NCBI GenBank assembly: GCA_963828525.1
Contig: CAWHEP010000004.1
Location: forward strand, 32,001-96,000
DNA length: 64,000 nt
Direction: 5' to 3'
Origin: an uncultured Verrucomicrobiae bacterium
GTDB lineage: Bacteria; Verrucomicrobiota; Verrucomicrobiia; Chthoniobacterales; Chthoniobacteraceae
Both the position numbers and the translations under genes were made by a program. Under the pieces are notes generated by a model. The model had not been told where the DNA came from and did not search any database. It was given only the letters and a program-made list of their open reading frames with translations. Below are positions 20,371 through 29,652 of this stretch, piece by piece. Within the stretch, counting starts at the first letter, position 1, and each line of letters begins with the position of its first letter.

Positions 20371-22064
20371 CGCATCGGCTCCGCTCTATTACGAGCTACT
20401 CGCCGGTTTTCCTGAGAAAAGCCGAACCTGGTGAGGTCGAAATCCAGCTGCGCGGCGAAGAATTTCTCCAGGGACTGCCGGCTGCTTTCCTGATCTTGCA
20501 GGGCGCGTAAAAAGTAGTCGTAGCCTAGTTTCTGCCTCGCTGGCTGTATGTCGGGGGTGCAGGCTTTTCGAAGAATCGCAAGCAACTCTTTCTTCGCCAT
20601 CAGCATGTCGAAGGTGCTGATCCTCCCCCTGTTGGTAAGTGTCACAAAATCCTGAACTGGCGACTGTACCTCTGGGGTCTTGAATGTGTCGGTTCGGAGG
20701 ACTCCCTCGTGCTCCATCTGGAACCGCGCGGCTTCAAGGTCGCGCGTCAACAGACGTACCTTCGCCATCAGGGTATCTTCAGCGTAAAACTGCGGAAATG
20801 AGAGCGCCTGCCACGTTTTTACCGCGTCAAGACGCATTGCGCAGCGCGTCTGCCTCCTTGTTGGGCGATCCCCCGCGCCCGGCTGTGGGGGGATGATCTC
20901 CGTGATTGCGCGCGAGATTCCGATAACTTCGCCCGTCCTTTTGTGAATGACTGGGCTTCCGTCATCCGCGCGCGTGATCGGCCCATCCAATTCGACGAGG
21001 CTTGGAGAAATTGCCGCGATCGTGCCTGCCACTGGTTTAACGATGCGAGTGACCGGGGAAGCGCAGAGTACCACCACCTCATCGCCTATGGCGGCTTCCT
21101 GGTCGACCGCCTTCATCACCTCAGGACAGGGCCTGGATGCCGTTCCTGACAACGCAAGCGCGAGAAGGTCAGATGCTACCGCTATGCGCGCGGCGCCGAC
21201 CGCGACACGCGAATGATCAAGGAACGTCAATTGCGAGACGTTATGATCCAATACCGCGCGTGGATCGGCGATCAAGACCTTCTGCCGATCCAACGTGGCG
21301 ATAAACCCGAGGCTCGACCTGCCTTCGCCCTCAAAAACCACGAGATCTCCGGCAAAAGCTTGCGCAAAGTCCACAGGTGGTAGGCTGGCGGCCGGGGTGG
21401 CGCCGGGCATCGTTGCCGGCGCGGGGTTATCCACAGAGGGCGAAGGCGCCGCCCTGATGCCCGTGCCAAACGCGAGCGTCTGCTGGGCGTTCCGAAGGAC
21501 GGACTTTTTTAAATCGTCCACCTGACGCCGCAAATCCCCGCGGAGAGCTTCTGAGTAGCGCAATTGCGCGACCAGCATCTCTCCATTCGAGCGCCATCGC
21601 GCGATCTCAACAATCAGGGGCGGTGTCGTCTTGGAGTAGCAGTAGAAGCGCGCATAGGAAGCCTCAACGACTCCCTCCAACTGCACCCAGGACTTCGTCT
21701 CCGCCACGCGATAGCCCTCCTGCGTCAGCATCCGCCGGGCCGCCTCGGTCTCGGCGCCAACCATGCCGTTCGGGAGATTGGGCGACCGGCTTAGCGTTAT
21801 CATCGCGTCACTTGCCCAAGGAGGCCCGGGCGCGAACGCTGGATCCGCCGGCTTTGCGAGAAGCAGGAGCACAGGCTCACGAAGCGATGGCGACGCGGCG
21901 CTAGGCTCCTGAAGCACCAGCCAGCCTTCCGGCAGCGCGAGGGAAACTCCCAAGTCGAATGGCATCACCCGTCCAGATGGTTCCGCTCCACGCGCGGGCG
22001 CGGTTTCCGTAACCAGCATCCCCAGGAAGGCGCAGAGACACATGGCATCCTTCCACCCAGTCAT
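20313..22064 (-). CDS. Exported protein with a degenerate trypsin-like domain (both ends uncertain)
   Basis: SLGFI...LIADPRAV, DLLAL and DDGSPVIHKRTGEVIGI resemble the trypsin-like GSGF, TNAHV and GNSGSP segments. Confidence 0.55.
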   Translation of the reverse strand: MTGWKDAMCLCAFLGMLVTETAPARGAEPSGRVMPFDLGVSLALPEGWLVLQEPSAASPSLREPVLLLLAKPADPAFAPGPPWASDAMITLSRSPNLPNGMVGAETEAARRMLTQEGYRVAETKSWVQLEGVVEASYARFYCYSKTTPPLIVEIARWRSNGEMLVAQLRYSEALRGDLRRQVDDLKKSVLRNAQQTLAFGTGIRAAPSPSVDNPAPATMPGATPAASLPPVDFAQAFAGDLVVFEGEGRSSLGFIATLDRQKVLIADPRAVLDHNVSQLTFLDHSRVAVGAARIAVASDLLALALSGTASRPCPEVMKAVDQEAAIGDEVVVLCASPVTRIVKPVAGTIAAISPSLVELDGPITRADDGSPVIHKRTGEVIGISRAITEIIPPQPGAGDRPTRRQTRCAMRLDAVKTWQALSFPQFYAEDTLMAKVRLLTRDLEAARFQMEHEGVLRTDTFKTPEVQSPVQDFVTLTNRGRISTFDMLMAKKELLAILRKACTPDIQPARQKLGYDYFLRALQDQESSRQSLEKFFAAQLDFDLTRFGFSQENRRVARNRAEPMRQWESAACCLSASAFMWFP

Positions 22065-22068
22065 AGCG

Positions 22069-22791
22069 CTACTTGCCCAAAGCGAGGCGATCCGCGAGGC
22101 GTTGGGGAAGACCCGCTGCCACAATCTTGTCCTGCGCGGCATCGATGTCATACTTTAGCCGCCGCAGTGACACGAAGTTTTTGTCCGTATGGTAGATGGC
22201 GTAGGACGCATGCCAGTCCCCGTCTCGCGGCTGGCCGACGCTGCCGACATTGATGAAGTATTTCTTGCCTTGCTCGATGCGAAGATTATCGAACGGCACG
22301 TTTGTTACCACTCCATCTCTTACGTACGCTTTTGGCGCGTGAGTGTGTCCGTAAAAACAGACAGATGTATGCTGGTAGGTGAAGCTCGAGGCAGCGTCGA
22401 GTTGGTTAAATACATATCCCCATCGGTGCGGAGTATCCAAAGTGGCGTGAACAATAGTGAAGTCGCGCACTTGCCGGACCATGCGGAGGTCACGCAGCCA
22501 TTCTTTGTCCTCCTCCGTCAGATTCTCTCTGGTCCAATTGATGGCCTCTTCGGCCAGCGGATTGAAACCCTCAAGGTCAGAACTGATTGACGCCTGTTCA
22601 TCATGGTTCCCTTTCACTACCGGGCAATCGAGTTCCTTTAAAATCTCGACGCACTCGTGAGGATTCGCGTTGTAGCCGACAACGTCCCCAAGACAGGCGT
22701 AGTGGGTGCAGCCTCGCTCATCCGCGTCGGCCAAAACCGCCTGAAGTGCTTCGAGATTCGCATGAATGTCTCCAAAAATGGCTAAGCGCAT
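22069..22791 (-). CDS. Calcineurin-like metallophosphoesterase
   Basis: GDIHAN, GDVVGY, GNHD, GHTH and NVGSVGQPRD motifs. Confidence 0.94.
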   Translation of the reverse strand: MRLAIFGDIHANLEALQAVLADADERGCTHYACLGDVVGYNANPHECVEILKELDCPVVKGNHDEQASISSDLEGFNPLAEEAINWTRENLTEEDKEWLRDLRMVRQVRDFTIVHATLDTPHRWGYVFNQLDAASSFTYQHTSVCFYGHTHAPKAYVRDGVVTNVPFDNLRIEQGKKYFINVGSVGQPRDGDWHASYAIYHTDKNFVSLRRLKYDIDAAQDKIVAAGLPQRLADRLALGK

Positions 22792-22794
22792 TGA

Positions 22795-23562
22795 CTATTT
22801 TTCGTTCTTCGCGGGAGTATAAACCCTTTGTTCCAGGGGAACATGCAATTTTTGTTCCATGGCTTGAAGACGTTCAAGAAGCGTGGGCAGCCACTCGCTC
22901 TGTCCCATGCGGTAAAGCGTGACGAGGCGCTCATAGGCTTCGCGTTCATGACCAGCACAGCGGGAAAGACAGTAAGCCGCGAAGCGCTTCTCGTATGAAG
23001 GCGCGTTTTTGAAGGCAGCGGCCTTCGAGAACATGTCCGCCGCCCGGCAGTTGTCCTGGAACTTGTCTCTGTAGACTACCCCGAGGATTCCGTAGAGATC
23101 GTAGCGGTCAGGATTATTCTCGATGCCGCGCAGCAGGAAGTCCTTCCCCAGTTCGAAATACTCCCGTTGCGCTTTCAATCGGAGGGCAAGACGCGGCTGC
23201 TTTGGGTCTTCTAACGCCGCGTTGCTTGCATTGTAGGCCATGTGCCACGCCGCGATGTCCCAGAAGAGTATAACGCGCGGCTGCAGGGTCGTGACGCTGT
23301 TAAACAAGAGTGCCATCCTGCCCCATTCCGTCTGCTCCCAGGCATTATGCGCCTCGATCCACAGAAAGTCGGCGACCAGTGAGCGAAAGCCGCTGAGGGC
23401 GGCCAGAAAACCCAGTTGTCCTACCTGCGTCCGCAAGCCGAGGTTCATTTTTGAACCGTGGAAAAACGCGTTCCTGTGCTCTTCGGCGAGTCTATGCTCA
23501 AAGGGCAGCTTTGCCACCCCGAACACGATGAGGATCAGGAAAAAGCCGAGCTTCTTTATCAC
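22795..23562 (-). CDS. Membrane-anchored TPR-like helical protein associated with the ABC transporter
   Basis: N-terminal TM; LSGFRSLVADFLW, TTLQP and AWHMAYN. GTG overlaps the permease stop. Confidence 0.7.
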   Translation of the reverse strand: MIKKLGFFLILIVFGVAKLPFEHRLAEEHRNAFFHGSKMNLGLRTQVGQLGFLAALSGFRSLVADFLWIEAHNAWEQTEWGRMALLFNSVTTLQPRVILFWDIAAWHMAYNASNAALEDPKQPRLALRLKAQREYFELGKDFLLRGIENNPDRYDLYGILGVVYRDKFQDNCRAADMFSKAAAFKNAPSYEKRFAAYCLSRCAGHEREAYERLVTLYRMGQSEWLPTLLERLQAMEQKLHVPLEQRVYTPAKNEK

Positions 23563-24464
23563 AGCTCCTTGAAGGCGAAAAAGAGGTACACCACCAGGGT
23601 ATAGACACAAAGATAGCTCAGACCCAATCCCGCCGTTTTCACAAATAGAGCGGAAGAGATCGAGTTTCCCGCAACCACATCATCGGTGAGATTCAGCAGG
23701 CGAAGATCAGGAAAAAGAATGGAGACGAGGAAGAGGAATATCCTGGAGATCTGCGAGCCATGCCCCGCTCCGAGCAGCGATTCTCGCGCGATTCCCTGCA
23801 AATGGCAGATGAAGTAAGCCACGAAAGAGACGATGATCGTAAAGATTGAGGAGCTGGCAAAGGTGGATACAAGAAGCGTGAGAGAAGCCAGTATCGCCGC
23901 GACCAGATAGATCATGAAAATGCAGCAAACAAGGCTTGTGGAGAAGCCGCTCGCCTTTACACCGCGTATGATATCCGGCGCTTCAGCGGGCGAAGCCTGC
24001 CTGATCGCCTCGGCCAGCACGCTTTGCTCCTTCACATAGAGCGCCACGTAGAACATGGCGGACATCAGTAAAGTCGAGATGAAAAGCAGCAGGAGAATGC
24101 CGCAAAGTTTGCCGAGCAGGTATTCGAGCCGGGGCACGGGCTTGGCTAGTATGGTGTAAAGCGTCCTGTCCTCGATGTCCTTTGGCAGGAGCATTGCGGT
24201 GGCAAGCACTGCAAGCAGCCAGGAGAAGATTGACATTGACCCGAGGGACATGTCTTTGAGAACCTGGAATTGCTCCTGGAACTTGAAGTCGATCATAAAG
24301 GCGGAACTGCCTATGATCAGGAGGGCGAATAGCAGCAGGAAATAAAAGACCTTCAGGCGGATCAGCTCCAGGAGCGTGTTGGTGGCGATTGCCACGATCC
24401 TCCGAGGGGAAAAGATCTTGTGAGGTGTGCGCGGTTGCATCGAAGAGGCCGCGGGATCATTCAT
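23559..24464 (-). CDS. ABC-2 type exporter permease
   Basis: About six TMs; DIEDRTLYTILAKPVPRLEYLLGK motif. Confidence 0.88.
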   Translation of the reverse strand: MNDPAASSMQPRTPHKIFSPRRIVAIATNTLLELIRLKVFYFLLLFALLIIGSSAFMIDFKFQEQFQVLKDMSLGSMSIFSWLLAVLATAMLLPKDIEDRTLYTILAKPVPRLEYLLGKLCGILLLLFISTLLMSAMFYVALYVKEQSVLAEAIRQASPAEAPDIIRGVKASGFSTSLVCCIFMIYLVAAILASLTLLVSTFASSSIFTIIVSFVAYFICHLQGIARESLLGAGHGSQISRIFLFLVSILFPDLRLLNLTDDVVAGNSISSALFVKTAGLGLSYLCVYTLVVYLFFAFKEL

Positions 24465-25323
24465 CTTTTGCTGTTTTCTCCGGGTGCGCCGTTACTTCCA
24501 GGAAGAAGCGTTCCAGCGTTGTTTGTGCCTTGCGCATTTCAGGCGCCTGAGCGCCTGCTCTCTGGACTAGCTGCTCGATGTCATGGAGCAGCGAGGGCGA
24601 AGGATTTCTCAGGATCATCTCCGTTTGATTCTCGATGGATACTAAGTCAGCGAGCGGTCCTTCCCGCACCAGGACTCCTTGGTGCAGAATGCCTATGCGA
24701 TCGCATATCTCCTGCACTTGTCCAAGCAGGTGGGAGCACAGCAGCACCGTGATCCCCCGTGCTTTGAAAGCGAGGATCAGGTCGCGTATTTCATGAGAGC
24801 CGGCTGGGTCAACTCCGGCTGTTGGCTCGTCTAAAACCAGCAGCCGAGGTTCCTGCACAAGGGCTTGGGCAAGTCCTATCCGTTGAAGCATCCCCTTCGA
24901 GTAGCCCCCTAGTCGTCGATCTTTCGCGTGTTTCAATCCGACCAGCTCCAGAAGTTCCATGCTCCTGCTTCTCAACTTCGCTCCTCCAAGGCCGCATATC
25001 TTCCCATAGAATCGCAGGGTTTCCTCGCCCGTCAGGAACTTATAGAAGTAGGGGTTCTCCGGAAGGAAACCGACGTCCTCGCGGCTGCTAACCTCGGTGC
25101 TGTCGCGGCCAAAGATGGTTGTCTGCCCGCGTGTTGGGGAGACCAGCCCCAGCACGATCTTCATTGTCGTGCTTTTTCCGGAGCCGTTCGGCCCCAGCAG
25201 CCCATAGACCTGGCCGGGCAGCACGTCGAGAGAGAGGTCGCGCACCGCGACGAGCCGCTCCTTTTTGAAAGGAACATGGAAAACCTTCGTCAGGTTTCGA
25301 ATGGATATGGCAGGCTCGATCAT
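24457..25323 (-). CDS. ABC transporter ATP-binding protein
   Basis: GPNGSGKST, YSKGMLQR and LVLDEPT motifs. Confidence 0.95.
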   Translation of the reverse strand: MIEPAISIRNLTKVFHVPFKKERLVAVRDLSLDVLPGQVYGLLGPNGSGKSTTMKIVLGLVSPTRGQTTIFGRDSTEVSSREDVGFLPENPYFYKFLTGEETLRFYGKICGLGGAKLRSRSMELLELVGLKHAKDRRLGGYSKGMLQRIGLAQALVQEPRLLVLDEPTAGVDPAGSHEIRDLILAFKARGITVLLCSHLLGQVQEICDRIGILHQGVLVREGPLADLVSIENQTEMILRNPSPSLLHDIEQLVQRAGAQAPEMRKAQTTLERFFLEVTAHPEKTAKDE

Positions 25324-25336
25324 TCAGGCAATCGGG

Positions 25337-25615
25337 TCAGAGCTTTATGACAAAGCCCTTGGCATCGCCATCTGGGATGGCATCGCTGATCCGGCTGCTC
25401 GCGATCAGCGCGCCAAGATGAGTTCGCGGTATCGCTTGCAAGAAAGTGGCGAGTTCGTCCGGTTCTCCCTGGGCGTGTAATTCCACTGCGCCATCCTGGA
25501 GATTGCGAACCCATCCGCTGATCTCGTAGCCGGTAGCCACCTGCCTCACAGTATAACGAAACCCCACGCCCTGAACCCTTCCCTCGTATAGAACACGCTG
25601 AGCCGTGACTGCCAT
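25337..25615 (-). CDS. acyP: Acylphosphatase
   Basis: GRVQGVGFR and GWVRNLQDGAVE motifs. Confidence 0.94.
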   Translation of the reverse strand: MAVTAQRVLYEGRVQGVGFRYTVRQVATGYEISGWVRNLQDGAVELHAQGEPDELATFLQAIPRTHLGALIASSRISDAIPDGDAKGFVIKL

Positions 25616-25623
25616 CGCTAGGT

Positions 25624-26625
25624 CTAAGTCTCCACTTTGCGGAGATAAGCCGCTGCCGTTTCAGGCCACACCGCGTTCAGATGACAATCCGTCGCAACCT
25701 CGATTCCGTGGGTAGGATAGAGCGTCGGAAGGATCTCGATGTGCCACCTGAAATCCTCAGCCAGGGTGTTCCAATAGTCCGCCCGGTTGGTCTTTGTCGG
25801 CGCGGTGAATAGCATGAGATGGTAGGCGGGGTTATCGAGAGCCTTGGCGAGTCGTTGGAGCGCGGCCTTGAGCACATCCGCAAGTTGCGCCGCTTCCTGT
25901 TCCGTGATGCCGTGGAAATCCGCGCATTGCCGTTTGGGATAAATCACCTGTTCGAAAGGCGCCCGGGAGGCGTACGGGCAGAATAGCGCAAACCCGTTGT
26001 TTTCATAAACAAGGCGTGATCCCACCCGTATCTCTTCACGGAGGATGTCTTCAAAAATCGATCTCTTTTTGCGAGCGAAGAACTCCCGGCTGACACTGAG
26101 CTTCTGCCGCAGCGCGGGCGGCACAACGGCCATGGCAATCAACTGGCTGATGGAGTGGGGAGATGTCGCGCCTGCGGGCGTCCCCGAGTTCTTCACCACG
26201 AAAAACGAGCGCATGCGCGCGTCGCGAGAGAGGTCGAGCATCCGCGACTTCCAGGCGGCGAAGATTTGGCAGATTTCCGACAAGGGGAGCGATTCGAGCG
26301 GTGAAAAATCCGGCGCTTCGACGATGACCTCGTGCGCCCCGACGCCATCCATCCGATCGTAAAAACCGTCAGCGGTCATGCTTGCTTCGCCCTCCACGCG
26401 CAAAACGGGGGCGCGACTCGGGACAACCCGCGCCTGCCAATGGTCACCTGAAGACGATCTCAGTGTAAGCAGCGCGTTTGGGGAGGCGCTTTCACGGCCA
26501 GCAATGAACGGGCTCTGCGCGGAGGTTCCAGGCTCGTTTTCAAAGGTTGGTTTCACAGCGCGAGCCCGCGAAAAAAGCGTCCAGGTCTGCCTAAGCGGAT
26601 CAAGCCGCATTTCCGTCTCATTCAT
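25624..26625 (-). CDS. galT: Galactose-1-phosphate uridylyltransferase-like protein (HIT fold)
   Basis: EMRLDPL, GVGAHEVIVE, KNSG...AGATSPHSISQ and WHIEILP. The usual HxHxQ motif reads HSISQ. Confidence 0.78.
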   Translation of the reverse strand: MNETEMRLDPLRQTWTLFSRARAVKPTFENEPGTSAQSPFIAGRESASPNALLTLRSSSGDHWQARVVPSRAPVLRVEGEASMTADGFYDRMDGVGAHEVIVEAPDFSPLESLPLSEICQIFAAWKSRMLDLSRDARMRSFFVVKNSGTPAGATSPHSISQLIAMAVVPPALRQKLSVSREFFARKKRSIFEDILREEIRVGSRLVYENNGFALFCPYASRAPFEQVIYPKRQCADFHGITEQEAAQLADVLKAALQRLAKALDNPAYHLMLFTAPTKTNRADYWNTLAEDFRWHIEILPTLYPTHGIEVATDCHLNAVWPETAAAYLRKVET

Positions 26626-26629
26626 AGGT

Positions 26630-27973
26630 TTACCCGCCAAACGCGCGTTGCAGAGCGTCAGCCCATCGTTGGGTGCTGGCGTTGATCAAGACGACTTCTT
26701 CTGGAGTCGAGGAGGAAACGATAAGAACCCGGGGCTCGCTCAATTTCGTCATGCCTGCTGAATCATCGAGTTTAGAAGAAGCAACTTTATACCTATTCTG
26801 CAAGCAGCGTTTCAGGGCTGAGGTGAATCGCAGCGCGTGTTCCTGATCCGCCCACACGGACTTCCAGACCAAAGCATCTCCTTGTTTATAAACCAGGTAG
26901 CGGTCTCCGCGCCACCCGAGTGCCGCGCCTTCCGCCGTCGCGGTGTCCGTCCAATCCGCGAGCAAAATACGGGTGCCCATCTCCCCCGCCACATTGTCGC
27001 AGAGAGGCGTCTCCCCCAGGACTTCAGTGGCCGACCAGCTAATCCGAATCGGATCTTCGCGAGGCGAAGCAAGGTACTTCTCGGGATGGAGAATCTGGCT
27101 TGTTGATACGGGCGGGCGGGCGAACGCGGCGGAGATGGCGGCGTATCCCCCTCGGGAGTAGAGGGCCGCGCAGAACTCCTGGCCGCGAAGATACGGAAAG
27201 ATGAGTGACTCGCGCAGATAACGAGGCGCGGCCTGTAACTGTCCCATGTTCTGCGAAAGCGCTCCGGAAAAACTGTCGCGCAGGCTGCGCCACGAAAAGC
27301 TCCGCAACATGTAGTCGTTCATCACGAGCGTGGCATCCCCTTCGACCAATGCGCTCGTCGCCAGCGCCATGTCGTCATCATTTTTGATTTCCAACGGGAG
27401 TGTGAGCAGGCCGAAATGTTGATCCTGCAGCGCATGGGTGAGTTCGTGGGCCAGGATGATTTGGTTCTGGGAGTTCTCCAGTGAAGCGTCGCGGAACATG
27501 AACAGCTTGTGCTGATGCTGGTCATAAAATGCCGCGAGCTGTTCCCCAAGCAGATCGAGATATTTCTGTCGCAGGGGATACCCCGGCTGGATGAGGCCGA
27601 GCGCGGTGAGGCCGGCGCCGATATTTTGAAAATCTGTCTCCGAATACTGTTCGTCGAGTTTGTGCCTCAACGTGTCCCGTATTCCTTCCCTCGTTACGAC
27701 GTCGTAGGTGACAGGTTGGAGGAAACCAAGCCCTCTGATCTGAACAACCGCTTTTTCGACTGCGGAGCGCGCAGTAAGGTTTGCTGCGTCGGTCTTGCGT
27801 TTCTCGCCAGCGTCGAGTTCGGCTCTGAGCCGCGCATTTTCCTCCTGAAGGAACTCGACCCGCCTTCTCTCAAAAACCGGGTCGTCTACCCGCCTGTGCT
27901 GAAAAACCCCCCATGCGAACCCGGCGCATGCTACCGTGGCAAGGATCCCCGTGGATAAATGGGAGCGGTTCAC
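26630..27973 (-). CDS. Membrane-anchored putative zinc metallopeptidase (HExxH)
   Basis: ILAHELTHALQDQHF and ALVEGDA; STSQILHPEKY; GWRGDRY. Confidence 0.75.
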   Translation of the reverse strand: MNRSHLSTGILATVACAGFAWGVFQHRRVDDPVFERRRVEFLQEENARLRAELDAGEKRKTDAANLTARSAVEKAVVQIRGLGFLQPVTYDVVTREGIRDTLRHKLDEQYSETDFQNIGAGLTALGLIQPGYPLRQKYLDLLGEQLAAFYDQHQHKLFMFRDASLENSQNQIILAHELTHALQDQHFGLLTLPLEIKNDDDMALATSALVEGDATLVMNDYMLRSFSWRSLRDSFSGALSQNMGQLQAAPRYLRESLIFPYLRGQEFCAALYSRGGYAAISAAFARPPVSTSQILHPEKYLASPREDPIRISWSATEVLGETPLCDNVAGEMGTRILLADWTDTATAEGAALGWRGDRYLVYKQGDALVWKSVWADQEHALRFTSALKRCLQNRYKVASSKLDDSAGMTKLSEPRVLIVSSSTPEEVVLINASTQRWADALQRAFGG

Positions 27974-28012
27974 ACGGTCCTATCCCCGCCGGACCCGCTG
28001 GCAATACGCGTC

Positions 28013-28513
28013 CTAATGGTGTCTCCTCGGAAGCGACTGCTTGTTCTGGAGGCTGGCTCCAGCCTGGCTCACCACATTACCGTTTGCGTCATACGCGTCG
28101 ATCTTCGCTACTCCGCCCCCCGAATTGTAGTGGTAAACGAAGCGTCCCAGCGGTTTGTCATCCGCAGAAAACTCCACCTCCTCAGTCACCCGTCCTGAGA
28201 CGTCGCGTTTGTAAAGAGACTTATATAAGAGCCGTCCCTTTGGATCATAAACCAGGCCCTGCAACGGCAGACTCTGCTCGTCCAGGGTGTAGACCACTCT
28301 CTTGAGAAGCTTGTCTCCCTGGGCATACGTTTGTGTCTCAGACGTGTGGTTGTCCGAGTCCGTCGTGGTTACCTCCTTCGTGCCATCTTTCCTCAGGAGG
28401 GTCGAAACTTTGACCCCGCCAGCGCTGTCCTGCCCGTATGAGGAGAGGCAAAGGGTTGCAAAGACGATGGCAGCGGTGATGAGGGGGAGGGGACGCTTCA
28501 CTGTGGGAGTCAC
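28013..28513 (-). CDS. Secreted beta-rich protein with YD-like repeats
   Basis: Signal peptide; repeated Y-x-x-D-x-x-G units (YTLDEQS, YKRDVSGR, YDANGN). Confidence 0.6.
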   Translation of the reverse strand: MTPTVKRPLPLITAAIVFATLCLSSYGQDSAGGVKVSTLLRKDGTKEVTTTDSDNHTSETQTYAQGDKLLKRVVYTLDEQSLPLQGLVYDPKGRLLYKSLYKRDVSGRVTEEVEFSADDKPLGRFVYHYNSGGGVAKIDAYDANGNVVSQAGASLQNKQSLPRRHH

Positions 28514-28514
28514 A

Positions 28515-29579
28515 TTACCGAACTTCTGGAGAATTGCTCATTGGAATAGCGATGCCGGTCTCCACGGGGACGACGCGCACGGCCAGCGTCGCGCTCACAG
28601 CGCTCGACACCTGGCTTGTGGATATGTCCGCCATGCGTCCGCCCTTGTGTTTAGGGCTGAACTCGTCAACCGGCCCAGGGCGCCCGGGAACCAACACGGC
28701 GGCCCGATCATGTCTGGGACGCCAGTGAAAGGGATTAGTTGGCCCGAAGAGCGCGATCTGTGGTGTGCCGAAAGAAGCTGCAAGGTGCATCGCCGCCGAA
28801 TCCACGCTCAGAAAGAACCTGGCGTCGCGGATGAGCGCTGAGAGCGCGAGGAGATCAAGGGTGCCTGTGAGGTCGTGGCACGGCGTTTGCGCGGCCGCTT
28901 TGATTTTTTCGATATGATCTCGCTCTGCCGCGTCGCTTCCTCCTGTGATAACGCACGCGAATCCGGTCTCTCTCGCGCAGAACTCAATGACACGCGCCCA
29001 TCTCTTGGGAACCCAATATTTTTCCGGCCGCGCCGATCCGGGATGCACAATGAAATAAGGCCCTATGATCCCATGCGACTCCATAACCTGCCGCGCTTTC
29101 TTGCCAGCCCAGTCTGGCAGTCGCAGCGGCATCGGTTTCATCGGAGCCTTCGCATCGATCCCCACTCCGCGCAGGAGGTGCAGATAGTGATCCTCCGTAT
29201 GGCTCTCTCTCACCGGCGAATCCACAAAATGGTTGTAGAATAACGGGCGCGCCAGTGACTTCTGCACCCATTGGAACGCAATCCGGCGCTGGGATTTTGA
29301 CAGCATCGACAAAAGTGCCGATCTGTCGTTCCCGGTAAAATCAAGGCAGACATCGTAATGAGCGAAAATCATCTGTGTCCAAAGGGGGCCATTCTTCCCG
29401 TTCCGATTGTAGAGCAGTGTGGCATCGACGTAGTCAAACGCCGGCAGAAGTTCACGGCTTCCGTGCTCCACCGCCAGCGTCAGGTGCGCTCCCTTCATGT
29501 TTTCTCGGAGACAGGAAAGCGCTCGTGACGTGAGGATTAGGTCACCAATCCTTTTAAGCTGAAGCACCAGTATTTTCAT
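28515..29579 (-). CDS. LPS heptosyltransferase (GT9, RfaQ/WaaF-like)
   Basis: LKRIGDLIL, HPGS...KYW, SVDSAAMHLAAS and ALFGPTNP motifs. Confidence 0.92.
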   Translation of the reverse strand: MKILVLQLKRIGDLILTSRALSCLRENMKGAHLTLAVEHGSRELLPAFDYVDATLLYNRNGKNGPLWTQMIFAHYDVCLDFTGNDRSALLSMLSKSQRRIAFQWVQKSLARPLFYNHFVDSPVRESHTEDHYLHLLRGVGIDAKAPMKPMPLRLPDWAGKKARQVMESHGIIGPYFIVHPGSARPEKYWVPKRWARVIEFCARETGFACVITGGSDAAERDHIEKIKAAAQTPCHDLTGTLDLLALSALIRDARFFLSVDSAAMHLAASFGTPQIALFGPTNPFHWRPRHDRAAVLVPGRPGPVDEFSPKHKGGRMADISTSQVSSAVSATLAVRVVPVETGIAIPMSNSPEVR

Positions 29580-29652
29580 TCGACCGAGAATCTGAATAGT
29601 ATCGCGATTCGTCTTCCTGCAAGACCTTCTCTGCTTTGTCTACATTCTCAAA

